Below, piece by piece: positions 51,331-61,852 of a stretch of 64,000 nt of DNA. The DNA is taken from contig NC_088797.1 in assembly GCF_011386835.1 (NCBI RefSeq), forward strand, positions 1,612,001 to 1,676,000. The letters are read 5' to 3'. The translations under genes were made by a program, and so were the position numbers. Under the pieces are notes generated by a model, which searched no databases, was not told where the DNA came from, and was given only the letters and a program-made list of their open reading frames with translations. The DNA comes from Chrysemys picta bellii. Taxonomy: Eukaryota. Numbering within the stretch: position 1 is the first letter of the stretch; each line of letters opens with the position of its first letter.

Positions 51331-54300
51331 TCGATTGAATGCTGCTCATTTCAAGCAACTGGTTATTTCCGCGCTGAAGGAGTTACATGGGGAGGTAGGA
51401 GCGCATTGACCCTGTGACTGACTAGTGTCTGAATTCATTGACTTTTGTTTTCAGGGTCCAGAAGCAACCCTTATGATGATCTACAAAAAGAACAGGAGTA
51501 CTTGTGGCACCTTAGAGACTAACACATTTATTAGAGCATAAGTTTTCGTGGACTACAGCCCACTTCTTCGGATGCGAACCATTCTATATGCATCCGAAGA
51601 AGTGGGCTGTAGTCCACGAAAGCTTATGCTCTAATAAATTTGTTAGTCTCTAAGGTGCCACAAGTACTCCTGTTCTTTTTGCGGATACAGACTAACACGG
51701 CTGCTACTCTGAAACTTATGATGATCTAGTTTCTAGTCTAAGCTCCTGCATAATAATGGCCAAAGAACTTCATCTAATAATTTATGGATCAAGCCCATAA
51801 CTCTGAATTGAGCCCCTCTCTCAACTTGAAGATTGCACATGATGCAGAATCACCACATCCTTAAATAAATAGCGCTGACTTTTTTACAAACCATTATTTC
51901 AAATGGAACGTCTAGGAGAGTGTGCTGCTGAATGGCGGAGCCTGATCTTTCTGCACCTTGTTCTTTATATACCGCACTATGGCTATGGCTACACTGGCGA
52001 TTTACAGCGCTGCGACTTTCTTGCTCAGGGGTGTGAAAAAACACCCCCCTGAGCGCAGCAAGTTACAGCGCTGTAAAGCGCCAGTGTAAACAGTGACCCA
52101 GTGCTGGGAGCCAATCCCCTCGTGGAGGTGGAGTACCTGCAGCGCTGGCACGCGACCACACTCGCACTTCAAAGCGCTGCCGCGGGAGCGCTCCTGCAGC
52201 AGCCCTTTGAAGTTTCAAGTGTAGCCACGGCCTATGATTATGGTTTGTTTGTTTGTTTGTTTTAAATCTGTAAACTTCAGGCTGCTTTTAACAATGGTAG
52301 TGAATGTTACAATTCTTCTGTTTCAGTAGGCAAATATATGAAAATCCCATCTTCACTGCCGTTCTGATGTGTATTCAAAGTTTCCTGAACCCTGATGTTT
52401 CTTATGCTGCATACACGATTCATCTGACCTAACATTAATTTTAGCAGGGCAAAGAATTTTGACTAATTGACTTCTCAGTGTGGAAGCTGTTTCACCCAGA
52501 ATTGCAAACGAGTGATTCTGGAAGCTCTCTGAAGCTAAATGGTCAGGCTGGGTCAGTATGTGGATGGGGTCCCTCAAAAGATGACCAAAACATTGGTGAT
52601 TCTCTAGGTTCCTGGCCTAATTTAGTGAAGGCGAAAGATTTATACCGTCTGAAGAGGAACCATAGTATTACCCGAATTAGAATTCTGACTAGAAAGCCAG
52701 AGTTGAAAGTGAGCAGGAAGGAGGCTTGGTTCATGGGGCATAAAGGGAAAGGAAGAAACAATTTAAAATGATGTCCCTCATGCGTCCTCAGAGCCCTTCT
52801 CTCCCTGCTTTTTGCTGTTTCATAGACTTTGGCTTTTAAGTTCAAGACACTGAACTAGGAGCCTTAATGTACCTCCTATCAGCCTGCTTCAGTGCTATCT
52901 GACATCCACTGAGCTGGGTGTGAAAACAACCATTTCCCTTTAAGTCCCGGTGTCCGTGCTCCTGCTGCAGTGGAGCTTCAAAGGGAAAACAGCAGGAGGG
53001 AATATGGCCTACTGGACTGGAACTCAAGAGGTCCTAGGTTTTATTCCTGGCTCTGCCACTGATGTACTGGGTGAGGTGGGACAAGTCATATCACCTCTTT
53101 GTCTGAGTTTTGCCAGCTGTAAAATGGTGCTAATGATGCAAAGTGCTTTGAGATCTGTGAATGAAAAGGGCTGTATAAGAGCTGGGTATTACAAAGTTGC
53201 TCTAATAATAATGAAAGGTTTCAGAGTAGCAGCCGTGTTAGTCTGTATCCGCAAAAAGAAGAACAGGAGGACTTGTGGCACCTTAGAGACTAACAAATTT
53301 ATTAGAGCATAAGCTTTCGTGGACTACAGCCCAGCATCCGAAGAAGTGGGCTGTAGTCCACGAAAGCTTATGCTCTAATAAATTTGTTAGTCTCTAAGGT
53401 GCCACAAGTCCTCCTGTTCTTCTAATAATAATATTTTCAGTTGGAGAACGTGGAAATCATATGTTCACAAACTGGTGTTAAAGCAGTGAATAATATTGAT
53501 TTAACAGTAGTGCCCTATTTGTGCATAGGTGGGTGCAGCCTTGCCTGTTGATGTCTTAACATATGAGGAAAAAACCCTGTCTGCAATACTAAGAGTTCCC
53601 AGCAGGTAAGACACTGATTGCATATATAGTACCTTGCAAGTACCAACATGGAATTGTGTAAGATGTATAAATAACCTTTAATTTGAAAATAACGAGCTTA
53701 CAACTTCTGATAGTTTCCTATCAAAATAATAGAGAAAATAATAGCTGTGATTTCATAGAAATGCAGGGCTGGAAGGGACCTTGGGAATTCTTCAAATCCA
53801 GCCCCTGCACTGAGGCCGGACCAAGTAAACCTAGACCATCCCTGACAGGTGTTTGTCCAGCTTCTTCTTAAAAATCTCCAGTGATGGGGATTCCACAACC
53901 TTACTTGGAAGTCTGCTCCAGTGCTTAACTACCCTTCTAGTTAGAAAGTTATTTCTAATATCTAACCTACTGGTAAATCTTTCTTGCAGCAGATGAAGCT
54001 CATCACAACTACTTCTACCTTAAGGAGACAGGGAGAACAATCGCTCACTGTCCTCTTTATAACAGCCCTTAACATAGTTGATTATCATCAGGTTGCCCTT
54101 CAGTCGTCTTTTCCCAAGACTAAACGTGCCTGGATTTTTTAATGTTTCCTCATGAGTCAGATTTTCTAAACCTGTTTGTCTGTTGCATTCTTTGACAGGG
54201 TAACAAGCCTTGTGGATGGGGGGAAACGTTAGATTTGGTGTATCTTGACTTCAGTAAGGCTTTTGATACTGTCTTGCATGAAGAAGAACAGGAGTACTTG

Positions 54301-57300
54301 TGGCACCTTAGAGACTAACAGGTCTTGCATGACCTTTTCATAAACAAACTAGGGAAATACAACCTAGATGGAAGAGCATGTTGAGTGGGACCTTGTAGGG
54401 GTCAGTTCTGGGTCCAGTTCTGTTCAATATCTTCATCAGTGATTTAGATGATGGCATAGAGAGTACACTTATAAAATTTGTAGACAATTCCAAGTTGGGA
54501 GGAGTTGCAAGTCCTTTGGAGGATAGGATTAAAATTCAAAATGATCTGGACAAACTGGAGAAACTGGTCTGAAATAAATAGGATGAAATTAAATAAGAAC
54601 AAATGCAAATTATTCCACTTAGGAAGGAGCAATCAGTGGCGCAGATACAAAATGGGAAATGACTGCCTAGGAAGGAGTACTGCAGAACAGGATCTGGAGG
54701 TCATAGTGGATAACAAGCTAACTGAGAGTCAACAGTGTAACGCTGTTGCAAAAAAGCAACCATCATTCTGGGATGTATTAGCAGGAGTGTTGTAAGCAGG
54801 ACACAAGAAGTAATTCTTCCACTCTACTCCGTGCTAATTAGGCCTCAACTGGAGTATTGTCCAGTTCTGGTCGCCACATTTCAGGAAAGATGTGGACAAA
54901 TTGGAGGAAGTCCAGAGAAAAGCAACAAAAATGATAAGTGTAGAAAAACATGATCTGTGAGGGAAGATTGGAAAAATTGTGTTTGTTTAATCTGGAGAAG
55001 AGAAGACTGAGGGGGGACATAACAGTTTTCAAGTATGTAAAAGGAGGAGGAAGAAAAATTGTTCTCATTAACCTCTGAGGATAGGACAAGAAGCAACAGG
55101 CTTAAATTGCAGCTAGGGCAGTTTAGGTTGCACATTAAGAAAAACGTCCTGTCAGGGTGACTAAGCACTGGAATAAATTGCCTAGGGAGGTTGTGGAATC
55201 TCCATCATTGGAGATTTTTAAGAGCAGCTTAGACAAACACCTGTCAGGGATGGTGTTAGATCAGGGATTCTCAAACTGTGGGTCGGGACCCCATTTTAAT
55301 GGAGTCATCAAGGCTGGTGGTGTCCCTGGGCCCCATCAAGTCTGAAGCCCAAGCCCCACCACCCAGGGCTAAAGTTGTATGCCCCCCCCCCCCCCCCAGG
55401 GCAGAAGTGCTTGGGCTTCAGCTTTGGCCCCCCCCAGCCCAGGGTGGCGGGGCTTAGACGGACTCAGACTTCAGTCCCCCTTCCTGGGGTTGTGTAGTGA
55501 TTTTTGTTGTCAGAAGGGGGGTCACGATGCAATGAAGTTTGAGAGCCGCTGTCTTAGATAATACTTAGTCCTGCCAGGAGTGCAGGGGACTGGACTAGGT
55601 GGCCTCTCGAGGTCCCTTCCAGTCCTCCGATTCTATGATTCTTGTGTGTTTCTGGGATGTATGTGAATGCTGCTTAGTGATCACTCAGGAGTTTTTTTTT
55701 TTTTTTCCCTCCTAACTGCGCTTGAATTTCAAGAGATACCTAGGGGGCCACCTGGCCCAGAATTGGTAGACGCTTCATCCTTCACTGATAGGAGACAATC
55801 CATTGCTGAAAGAGGGAGCTTTTTCACTCTCAATTATCAAGTGGCTCCTTAAAAGTCTAGAGGAGGACACTTATAGCCTTATTGGCCTCTAGATAGTCTG
55901 TACTGTATTCTTGTACTGCCCCCATCACCATGGTATCTGAGTGCATTAAATGACATGGTTTATTCTCTTCTCAGCCTCTCCTCGGGGAGAATTGTGTATA
56001 GCTTATTGTCTTTTGTTTGGGATTTTTGAAGGTACACACTGTGATGTGTTAGAGGAGGCAGGGGGAAGAATGTGCCTGGCGCTTGAAGTGAAAGATGATT
56101 AGGTGTGGAGCAGAACTGTAAATGATTCCTCTCCATTTTAAAAAGCTCTGTGAAAAGCCTTTTTAAGGTGTGAAATCCAGTAACTTGCCTTTCAGAGCAG
56201 TCTTTACATCCTTGTTATCTTTCAACATTAATAATGTGAGGGCTGCCTAATTTAGAGTCTAGAAGTTAGAGCAAGGGTGTTGAACGTTTGTCTCTGATCC
56301 TGACTCTGCCACTGACTTGCTCTGTGACCGTGAGTAAGTTACTTAATGTCTCTGTAATGGGGTCCCCATCTGTAAAATGAGGATAAGTGAGCAGCTTTAT
56401 AAAGCACTTTAAGACTTTTTGATGTAAAGCACTAAATAACTTGGGAGTAATCATGTACTACTTAGGGCTAGTCCACACTGGCCGTGCTAAGGTACTGTCG
56501 CAGCAGCACTTCCACGTGCCTTGTGTGGTCGCGGCACAGCGTTGGGCAGGGCCGGCTCTAGGTTTTTTGCCGCCCCAAGCAAAAAAATTTTTGGCTGCCA
56601 CCCATCCTGTCCCAGCCCTGGGCTCCCCCTACACCTCCCTGCCACCCCAGCCCTGGGCTCTCCCCCCACCCTCACCCCCTGATGCCCCAACTCTGGGCTT
56701 TCCCCCCCATCCCACCCGCACTCCCTGCTGCCCCAGCCCTGGGCTTCCCCCCACCAGTGCTGACTCCGCCCGCTGCCCCTTCATCTCCAGCCAGTCCGGC
56801 GGTGGCAGGGTTGGGGTAAGCAGCGGGGCTCCCGGGCCGCGCCTCAGCTCAGGGTCCCTCCAGCCGGGGCTCCCGCCTCCAGGACCGGCCGGACCCGGGA
56901 GGGCAGAGCCGGGGGACCATCCCGGTAGGGGGCTGAGGAGCCGGGGCAGGGCAGCCCCAGAGGGAGCGGAGCCCCGGAGAGCAGGACGCGGCCCCGCATG
57001 GCAGCACCCCGGGCACCGGTCCCCACTATGGCCCTGCTGCTGCTGCTCCTGGCTGCCCTGCTGCAATCCCTGGGTGGCTCGGGCTGCTTTACCCAGCCCC
57101 GGCTGCAGCGCTGGGGGGCGGCCGGCCTGCGGCACTTGCAGGCAGCTCCGTGTGTCCCATGGGGCGGCGGCCCCCAGCCCAGGTGCCCTGCGCTCAGAGC
57201 CCACCTGGCCATACGGTGCGGGCGCTGCTCCCTGACGCGAACCGCAGCGGCCCCAGGGCGCCCCCCCGCCCGTGCAGGACGCGCTGCTGCTGCCAGGGCC

Positions 57301-59677
57301 GGCTCTAGGTGTGCCGCCCCAAGCGCAAAAAAGGGACTGGCTGGAATGCCACCCCTAAAAATGTGCCGCCCCAAGCACGTGCTTGGTTTGCTGGTGCCTA
57401 GAGCCGGCCCTGGCGTTGGGAGAGAGCTCTCCCGGCGTCCTGAAAAACCCACCTCCACGAGGGGTGTAGCTTCCAGCGCTGGTGCAATGTCTACACTGGT
57501 GCTTTACAGCGCTGAAACTTGCTGAGCTCGGGGGGGGGTTCACATCCCTGAGCGAGAAAGTGCTGCAAATTGCCAGTGTAGACAAACCCTAAGAAAAATG
57601 GCAAAGCACTAGGAATCAAAAGAGCGGTAAAAAGGCAGACTAAGAAACCACCTCAAACACAACAAATTTCCATTGGCATTTGTGGGTTTAAACTATCTTT
57701 TGACTCAGAGACCACAAAAATGTGACTGGTCCAGAATAGTTAACATGACACACTGGTCTAAGAAGTGACGAAGATGCGTAAACCTCACAACGTCTTGACA
57801 GAGCTGCTGCTTGTGTGTAGTCCTATCTGCTGCATTTAGTTACAGAAGTAAGTGTTCAGTTACATCTGCAGAGCCAATGCAGGTTAGAGTGAATTAGATA
57901 GTGTTACTTGTGCATCAACAGAATTGGTTCCTGCGTTCCAGGCAGGGCTTTGGAGCTGTGCTCCGGCTCCGCTCCAGCTCCAGGCAAAAACCTGCAGCTC
58001 CACTGCTCTGGACCTGCTCCGCGCTCCAGGCTCCGCTCCAAAGCCCTGGTTCCAGGGCCAATCAGTTACACCCGTGGTTAATCAGTTGACGGCAATAGGG
58101 TTGCTCAGATGACACTGAAAGGAAAATTGGGCCCACAGAATCTCTTACTGATGATCATGCATGACCTAGAAAGAACCCAGCTTGATTTTGCTAGGCTGAG
58201 TATGCAGGGCTGGAGGTTAAAGACTAAAACATCTTTTTACTTAAATTGAGCAAACTTAATACGTACTCAGTGAGACACTAAACATGGATCCATACAGTGT
58301 TCCTGTCTTAAAACATAAAATGACCAGGAGTGGATGATGTAGTACTGAAACCTGTGTCTGTTATCCCTTGCTGTGGGAAGAGGTCAGGAGCAGCTGGGAG
58401 ATTAGGGCACTAAAGATGAATGGAAGCTATTGGGGATGGGGAAGGGAAGGAAACTAAAGGCACAGGAAGAGCGGTTCAGGAAACAGGCCCATTAAAAAAG
58501 GGTTTGACAAAGGAAAAACCCATGAGCATTGATTGTATTAAATACTTCAAACCATAGATAAGACAAACTACACTGAAGGGTAATTGTCACAAACTTGTCA
58601 CCAGAGCCTACTGATGAAATTGCAGTTGGGAGTTCATTATTCCTTCTGTTTAGGGAATCTCTATTTAAGCTGTATACCCAGCAGCAAAATCTTTTGAGGC
58701 ATGTGAATCCTAATAATCTATTTAATGTTGTCATAATTTAGTGGCCTTGTCAAGCTGTGGAGTGCTCTAACACTGCTGGGCTCCTACCAGAACAGGAAGT
58801 GTGCTTTCAGAGTGATACAGGTAAAGCCCTGGGGAACTCCGGGACCTGCCCCTGAATTTTAGTCCTCTTTAGGGTTACTCAGCCTACTCAAGTTCACAGA
58901 ACCTCTTAATAGAGACATGGCTTACTTGTGTAAAACCGGATCCGTTTTAGAGTTAAATACCCTTAAGGATGGGTGTGAAACAGATTGGTGAGAGATTGAA
59001 TCGGTCTGTCTTATAATTACTGAAATTCAGTCGACTTAAATTGTCATGTCCAGGTCTCTTTATATTGTACGGTGGTTGTAACAATCACCTGTTGTCATAT
59101 CTGGGGTTGTCTGAAAGGAAGTAGATGCTGGGAATCGTCTTTCCTTTTGGGGGCCCACATAGATGCGATCTTATAAAACTAGACTCTTGTGTCTGAGTTT
59201 CATCACTTTACATATCAGACCTGACCTCACTGTAGTAGATCTCGTTAACAGATTTTTGAGGAAACTAATTTCCATGACAGTTTGTCCTTGGCCCCTATCT
59301 GGGTTCAAACTTGTATGTTTCGCCCACTGTCACTCACTGACTCCAAACCCCATTGCACTTGAATTCCAGAGCCCAATGCTTGTTCCTTTTGAAATGCTTC
59401 ACTTCATTCTGCCACGTAACTTTCAGTAACTGAGTCTGGGAGCTGGAGTTGGTCTCCAAGGAGATAGTTGAATAACATGGTTGGCTTAAGTTGCTCTAAT
59501 TTTGCTTTATATGGGGGAAATTTGTTGTGTGTTGTTGTTTTTTTTTTAATCTTGCCTGCTGGAAATTGTTTGGTATGTGTGATGTTTTCATAATGTGTCA
59601 TTTTTCCCCCCCCCCACCAGACCTCTCCATTTCTCCTTGCGTTATCTGGGAACAGCAGAGAACTCCTACTGGATTGA
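51116..59677 (+). CDS. RPP14: Ribonuclease P protein subunit p14, complete, 131 aa; join(51116..51213,51310..51394,53529..53605,58742..58820,59621..59677)
   Basis: Exons of 98+85+77+79+57 = 396 nt, all GT-AG, give [131 protein letters not shown]. This is colinear with vertebrate RPP14. The start ATG is in a good context (GGCATGG). Confidence 0.95.
51310..51394 (+). CDS. RPP14: RPP14 coding exon 2
   Basis: tttcag|A...GAG|gtagga; [28 protein letters not shown]. Confidence 0.95.
51484..51714 (+). mobile_element. Penelope-like element fold-back insertion carrying hammerhead motifs
   Basis: Inverted arms of about 90 bp (51485-51575 and 51590-51680) plus a unique tail; 14-bp TSD cttatgatgatcta (51470-51483 and 51715-51728). 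Confidence 0.85.
51590..51629 (+). ncRNA. Minimal type I hammerhead ribozyme motif (PLE-associated)
   Basis: GCAU-CCGAAGA-A-GUGGGC(UGUA)GUCCAC-GAAAGCUU-AUGC: stem I, core with U4 changed to C, 6-bp stem II, GAAA and palindromic AAGCUU. Confidence 0.6.
51981..52232. mobile_element. PIF/Harbinger-type MITE
   Basis: TIRs ggctatggctacact / agtgtagccacggcc; 3-bp TAT on both flanks. Confidence 0.82.
52995..53192 (+). mobile_element. MIR-like CORE-SINE relic
   Basis: ttcctggctctgccactga...caagtc...ctgtaaaatgg...aaagtgctttgagatc. Confidence 0.7.
53213..53420 (-). mobile_element. Penelope-like element fold-back insertion
   Basis: Reverse-oriented tail plus inverted arms; 12-bp TSD tctaataataat (53201-53212 and 53421-53432). 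Confidence 0.85.
53334..53373 (+). ncRNA. Minimal type I hammerhead ribozyme motif
   Basis: Identical to the 40-nt motif at 51590-51629. Confidence 0.6.
53529..53605 (+). CDS. RPP14: RPP14 coding exon 3
   Basis: gcatag|GTG...CAG|gtaaga; [25 protein letters not shown]. Confidence 0.95.
53752..54172 (-). mobile_element. CR1 3' fragment
   Basis: tcatagaaatgcagggctggaagggacc...ggattccacaacc is the reverse-complement CR1 3' end. Confidence 0.85.
54282..54321. mobile_element. 40-bp Penelope-like micro-insertion
   Basis: agaagaacaggagtacttgtggcaccttagagactaacag flanked by the 11-bp TSD gtcttgcatga (54271-54281 and 54322-54332). Confidence 0.85.
55262..55551. mobile_element. hAT MITE inside the CR1 3' UTR
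   Basis: TIRs cagggattctcaaact / agtttgagagccgctg; flanks tgttagat / tcttagat. Confidence 0.8.
56270..56445 (+). mobile_element. MIR-like CORE-SINE relic
   Basis: ctctgccactgacttgctctgtgacc...acttaa...cccatctgtaaaatgaggataa. Confidence 0.7.
56465..57589. mobile_element. PIF/Harbinger-type MITE, host of a nested hAT element
   Basis: TIRs gggctagtccacact / agtgtagacaaaccc; the internal sequence resembles 51981-52232. Confidence 0.75.
56547..57412. mobile_element. Young GC-rich composite hAT element
   Basis: 16-bp TIR cagggccggctctagg / cctagagccggccctg; perfect 8-bp TSD GCGTTGGG; second internal left TIR at 57294; subterminal cccagccctgggct repeats. Confidence 0.9.
57943..58048. mobile_element. 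106-bp hAT MITE built of GCTCC repeats
   Basis: TIR cagggctttggagc / gctccaaagccctg; perfect 8-bp TSD GTTCCAGG. Confidence 0.9.
58742..58820 (+). CDS. RPP14: RPP14 coding exon 4
   Basis: atttag|T...CAG|gtaaag; [26 protein letters not shown]. Confidence 0.95.
59621..59677 (+). CDS. RPP14: RPP14 last coding segment (exon shared with HTD2)
   Basis: ccaccag|ACC...GAT TGA; [18 protein letters not shown]. Confidence 0.95.
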   Translation, partial: TSPFLLALSGNSRELLLD

Positions 59678-59724
59678 ATACACCGGAAACGTGGTTGGGC
59701 TGTAAGAAGCAGAAGTTGCTCAAG

Positions 59725-60240
59725 ATGTTGGCACTACTCAGACCTAGAATTTTTGGTGGGGATTTCAAAAGAACCATCCTGACAAAACCAAACATTGCTA
59801 GCTCATTGCTTAGATCTCTCTCTCTTCAGCGTTCACATATACAGGTTGGAGACAAGGCTGAACTTACTAAAGCCTTCACACAGAAAGATATTGTTAGTTT
59901 TGCTGACTTAACTGGGGACACAAACCCACTGCATTTGGATGAAGACTATGCAAAGAGAACTAGGTTTGGGAGAACAATTGTACATGGAGTTTTGATCAAC
60001 GGACTTATTTCAGCAGTTATAGGTACTAAAATGCCTGGCTATGGTTGTGTGTTTCTTTCTCAGGAAATTCACTTCCCAGCTCCCTTGTACATTGGAGAAG
60101 AAGTCTTAGCTGCAGCAGAAGTGACGAGACTGAAAAGATCTGTTGCATACATTTCAGTATCATGTACTGTTAGGGAAAGTGAAAAGATTGTTATGGAAGG
60201 GATAGTGAAAGTCATGGTGTCAGAAGGTCAGCGCTCGTGA
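59725..60240 (+). CDS. HTD2: Mitochondrial hydroxyacyl-thioester dehydratase type 2 (MaoC/hot-dog fold), 171 aa, intronless ORF
   Basis: Contains the hydratase-2 motif [18 protein letters not shown] followed by VHG. The N-terminus is basic and presequence-like ([12 protein letters not shown]...). It lies 47 nt after the RPP14 stop in the same exon. Confidence 0.95.
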   Translation: MLALLRPRIFGGDFKRTILTKPNIASSLLRSLSLQRSHIQVGDKAELTKAFTQKDIVSFADLTGDTNPLHLDEDYAKRTRFGRTIVHGVLINGLISAVIGTKMPGYGCVFLSQEIHFPAPLYIGEEVLAAAEVTRLKRSVAYISVSCTVRESEKIVMEGIVKVMVSEGQRS

Positions 60241-61454
60241 CTGCATGGTGCTTTATTCTTTAGTAAAATTCAGAAATATGTGGGGGGTTCACATGTGTGA
60301 TACCTCAAACCTTGGTAAGAGGAAGCCTGCAGAAACACTTTGAAGGACACAGCTTGCTGTCAATTTTGAGAGCTGATGTGCCTTGTAGGTGAGAGATGTA
60401 AAACATCACTTTTGATGGCTTGTAAGGGCACATGAAGATCAGTATGATCCATACTTACCTTACATCTATTACCATCGTGTGCAACCAAGCCTGTTCTGTT
60501 TCCTAGCTCAACTGTCTGTCACCAGAATAAACCCCAGTGTTAACTGGAACCTTTTACAAAGAAATGTTTACTTCACGTAATGTTCTGGAGTTGGTCAAGA
60601 GATTTCTGTCCCCTGACTAGTAAACAGGGAGCCAAGATATTTATCTCAGATAAATAAATAAAGTATTCTCTTGGTTCCTTGTTACTATTGCACAACATGT
60701 GCCACATTTCACATTGAGTTTTGAACTCTTGTTCAGTTTGAAGTTCTAGATATGGCAAAGGGCCAGATCTCTCTCTCACCCCTTCTATGAATTCAATGAA
60801 GACCAAGGGACTACGTGGGTGAATAAAGCAAGCAGCATTGGGTTCATATTAACACATGCACATGTCATCCTCTCCCCTGACTTACAAGAATAAAAAGCTT
60901 GTTCTTCAACCATTGCCTTTATTAGGGTAGCTCTGATGTTTCTTTCACAAATTAATGCATTGTTCCACTTAATTTTCAAGCAAAAGGGCTCATTTGATTT
61001 GAGGCTATCATTAGGCCATACAAAAATGGTCTGTGTAAAGGTCTTGGATAACCTCCTACCACTGCTAAACTACAAACTAAATGTCATGTGGCAACCTGTC
61101 ACAACTAGAGGAACTCTTAAAACTAAATTATAAGGGAACTTTACAGACATGTGGCTACACATGGTAGCTTTATGAGCTAAACCCTTTATAGTCCAGAATT
61201 GCTTATTGTGTGATCAAAATTGGGCCTTGATCTGCTTTGGAAAGAGGGTAGATAGAAGGAATTGTTCTTAGTAGGTGTTCTTTCAGACAACACTTGGAGA
61301 CAAATGTGCATGAGGGAGACAGGCAGAGTTTGATCAGATCAGAATAGCTGAGATTGCTGCTGTAACCTTAAATTTCCCTGACAAGGGAGTTATCTGCCCC
61401 CTGGTACCATAGTGTTTGAGCAGCCTCTTAAACTGTAATGTATTTATGCTCTCA

Positions 61455-61528
61455 ACAGACCTGCGAGGTAGGGAAGTGCTATGATCCCCATTTTTCAGAT
61501 GGGGAAGTAAGGCCCAAAGAGATCAGGG
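61455..61528 (-). mobile_element. MIR-like core fragment
   Basis: ccccatttttcagatggggaagtaaggcccaaagag. Confidence 0.55.
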
Positions 61529-61772
61529 GACAGATTTTTAAAGGTATTTAGACATCTAAAGCTGCAGCTAAGCACCTCGTGGGGTTTTCCATAGTGCCTA
61601 GGCACCTATCGTATTTTGATGTGTAATACCTTTTAAAATACTGGCTGTGATGTGCGAAAGGTCATATGGGACATTTGCAGGGAATTAAACCTGGGGTCTC
61701 CAAAGTCCCATGCTAACCGCAAACCCTGGGCTGTCCTAAGTAGCGAAGTCTGACACCATTCTCAGAGCTGCA

Positions 61773-61852
61773 GGAATCACCGAACTGGAGGGGATCTCAA
61801 GAAGTCATCTAGTCCAGTCCCCTGCACTCGAGGCAGGACTAAGTGTTATCTA
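61773..61852 (-). mobile_element. CR1 3' end fragment
   Basis: gtcatctagtccagtcccctgcactcgaggcaggactaagt. Confidence 0.75.

Larger units (their letters stand above)
54185..55642 (+). mobile_element. CR1 LINE interrupted by a 40-bp PLE piece and a hAT MITE
   Basis: RT-region peptides ([28 protein letters not shown]); tail attctatgattct. Confidence 0.9.

Noticed and set aside
56441-57525. ORFs of 175-264 aa, one with a signal-peptide-like [12 protein letters not shown] stretch
   Set aside because: They lie within or across the TIR/TSD-bounded hAT and Harbinger MITEs; low complexity and no recognisable domain.
59527-59724. N-terminal extension of the 237-aa ORF in the track
   Set aside because: It starts at a non-ATG codon inside RPP14 intron 4. 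The plausible HTD2 start is the ATG at 59725; the exonic part is discussed as a finding.
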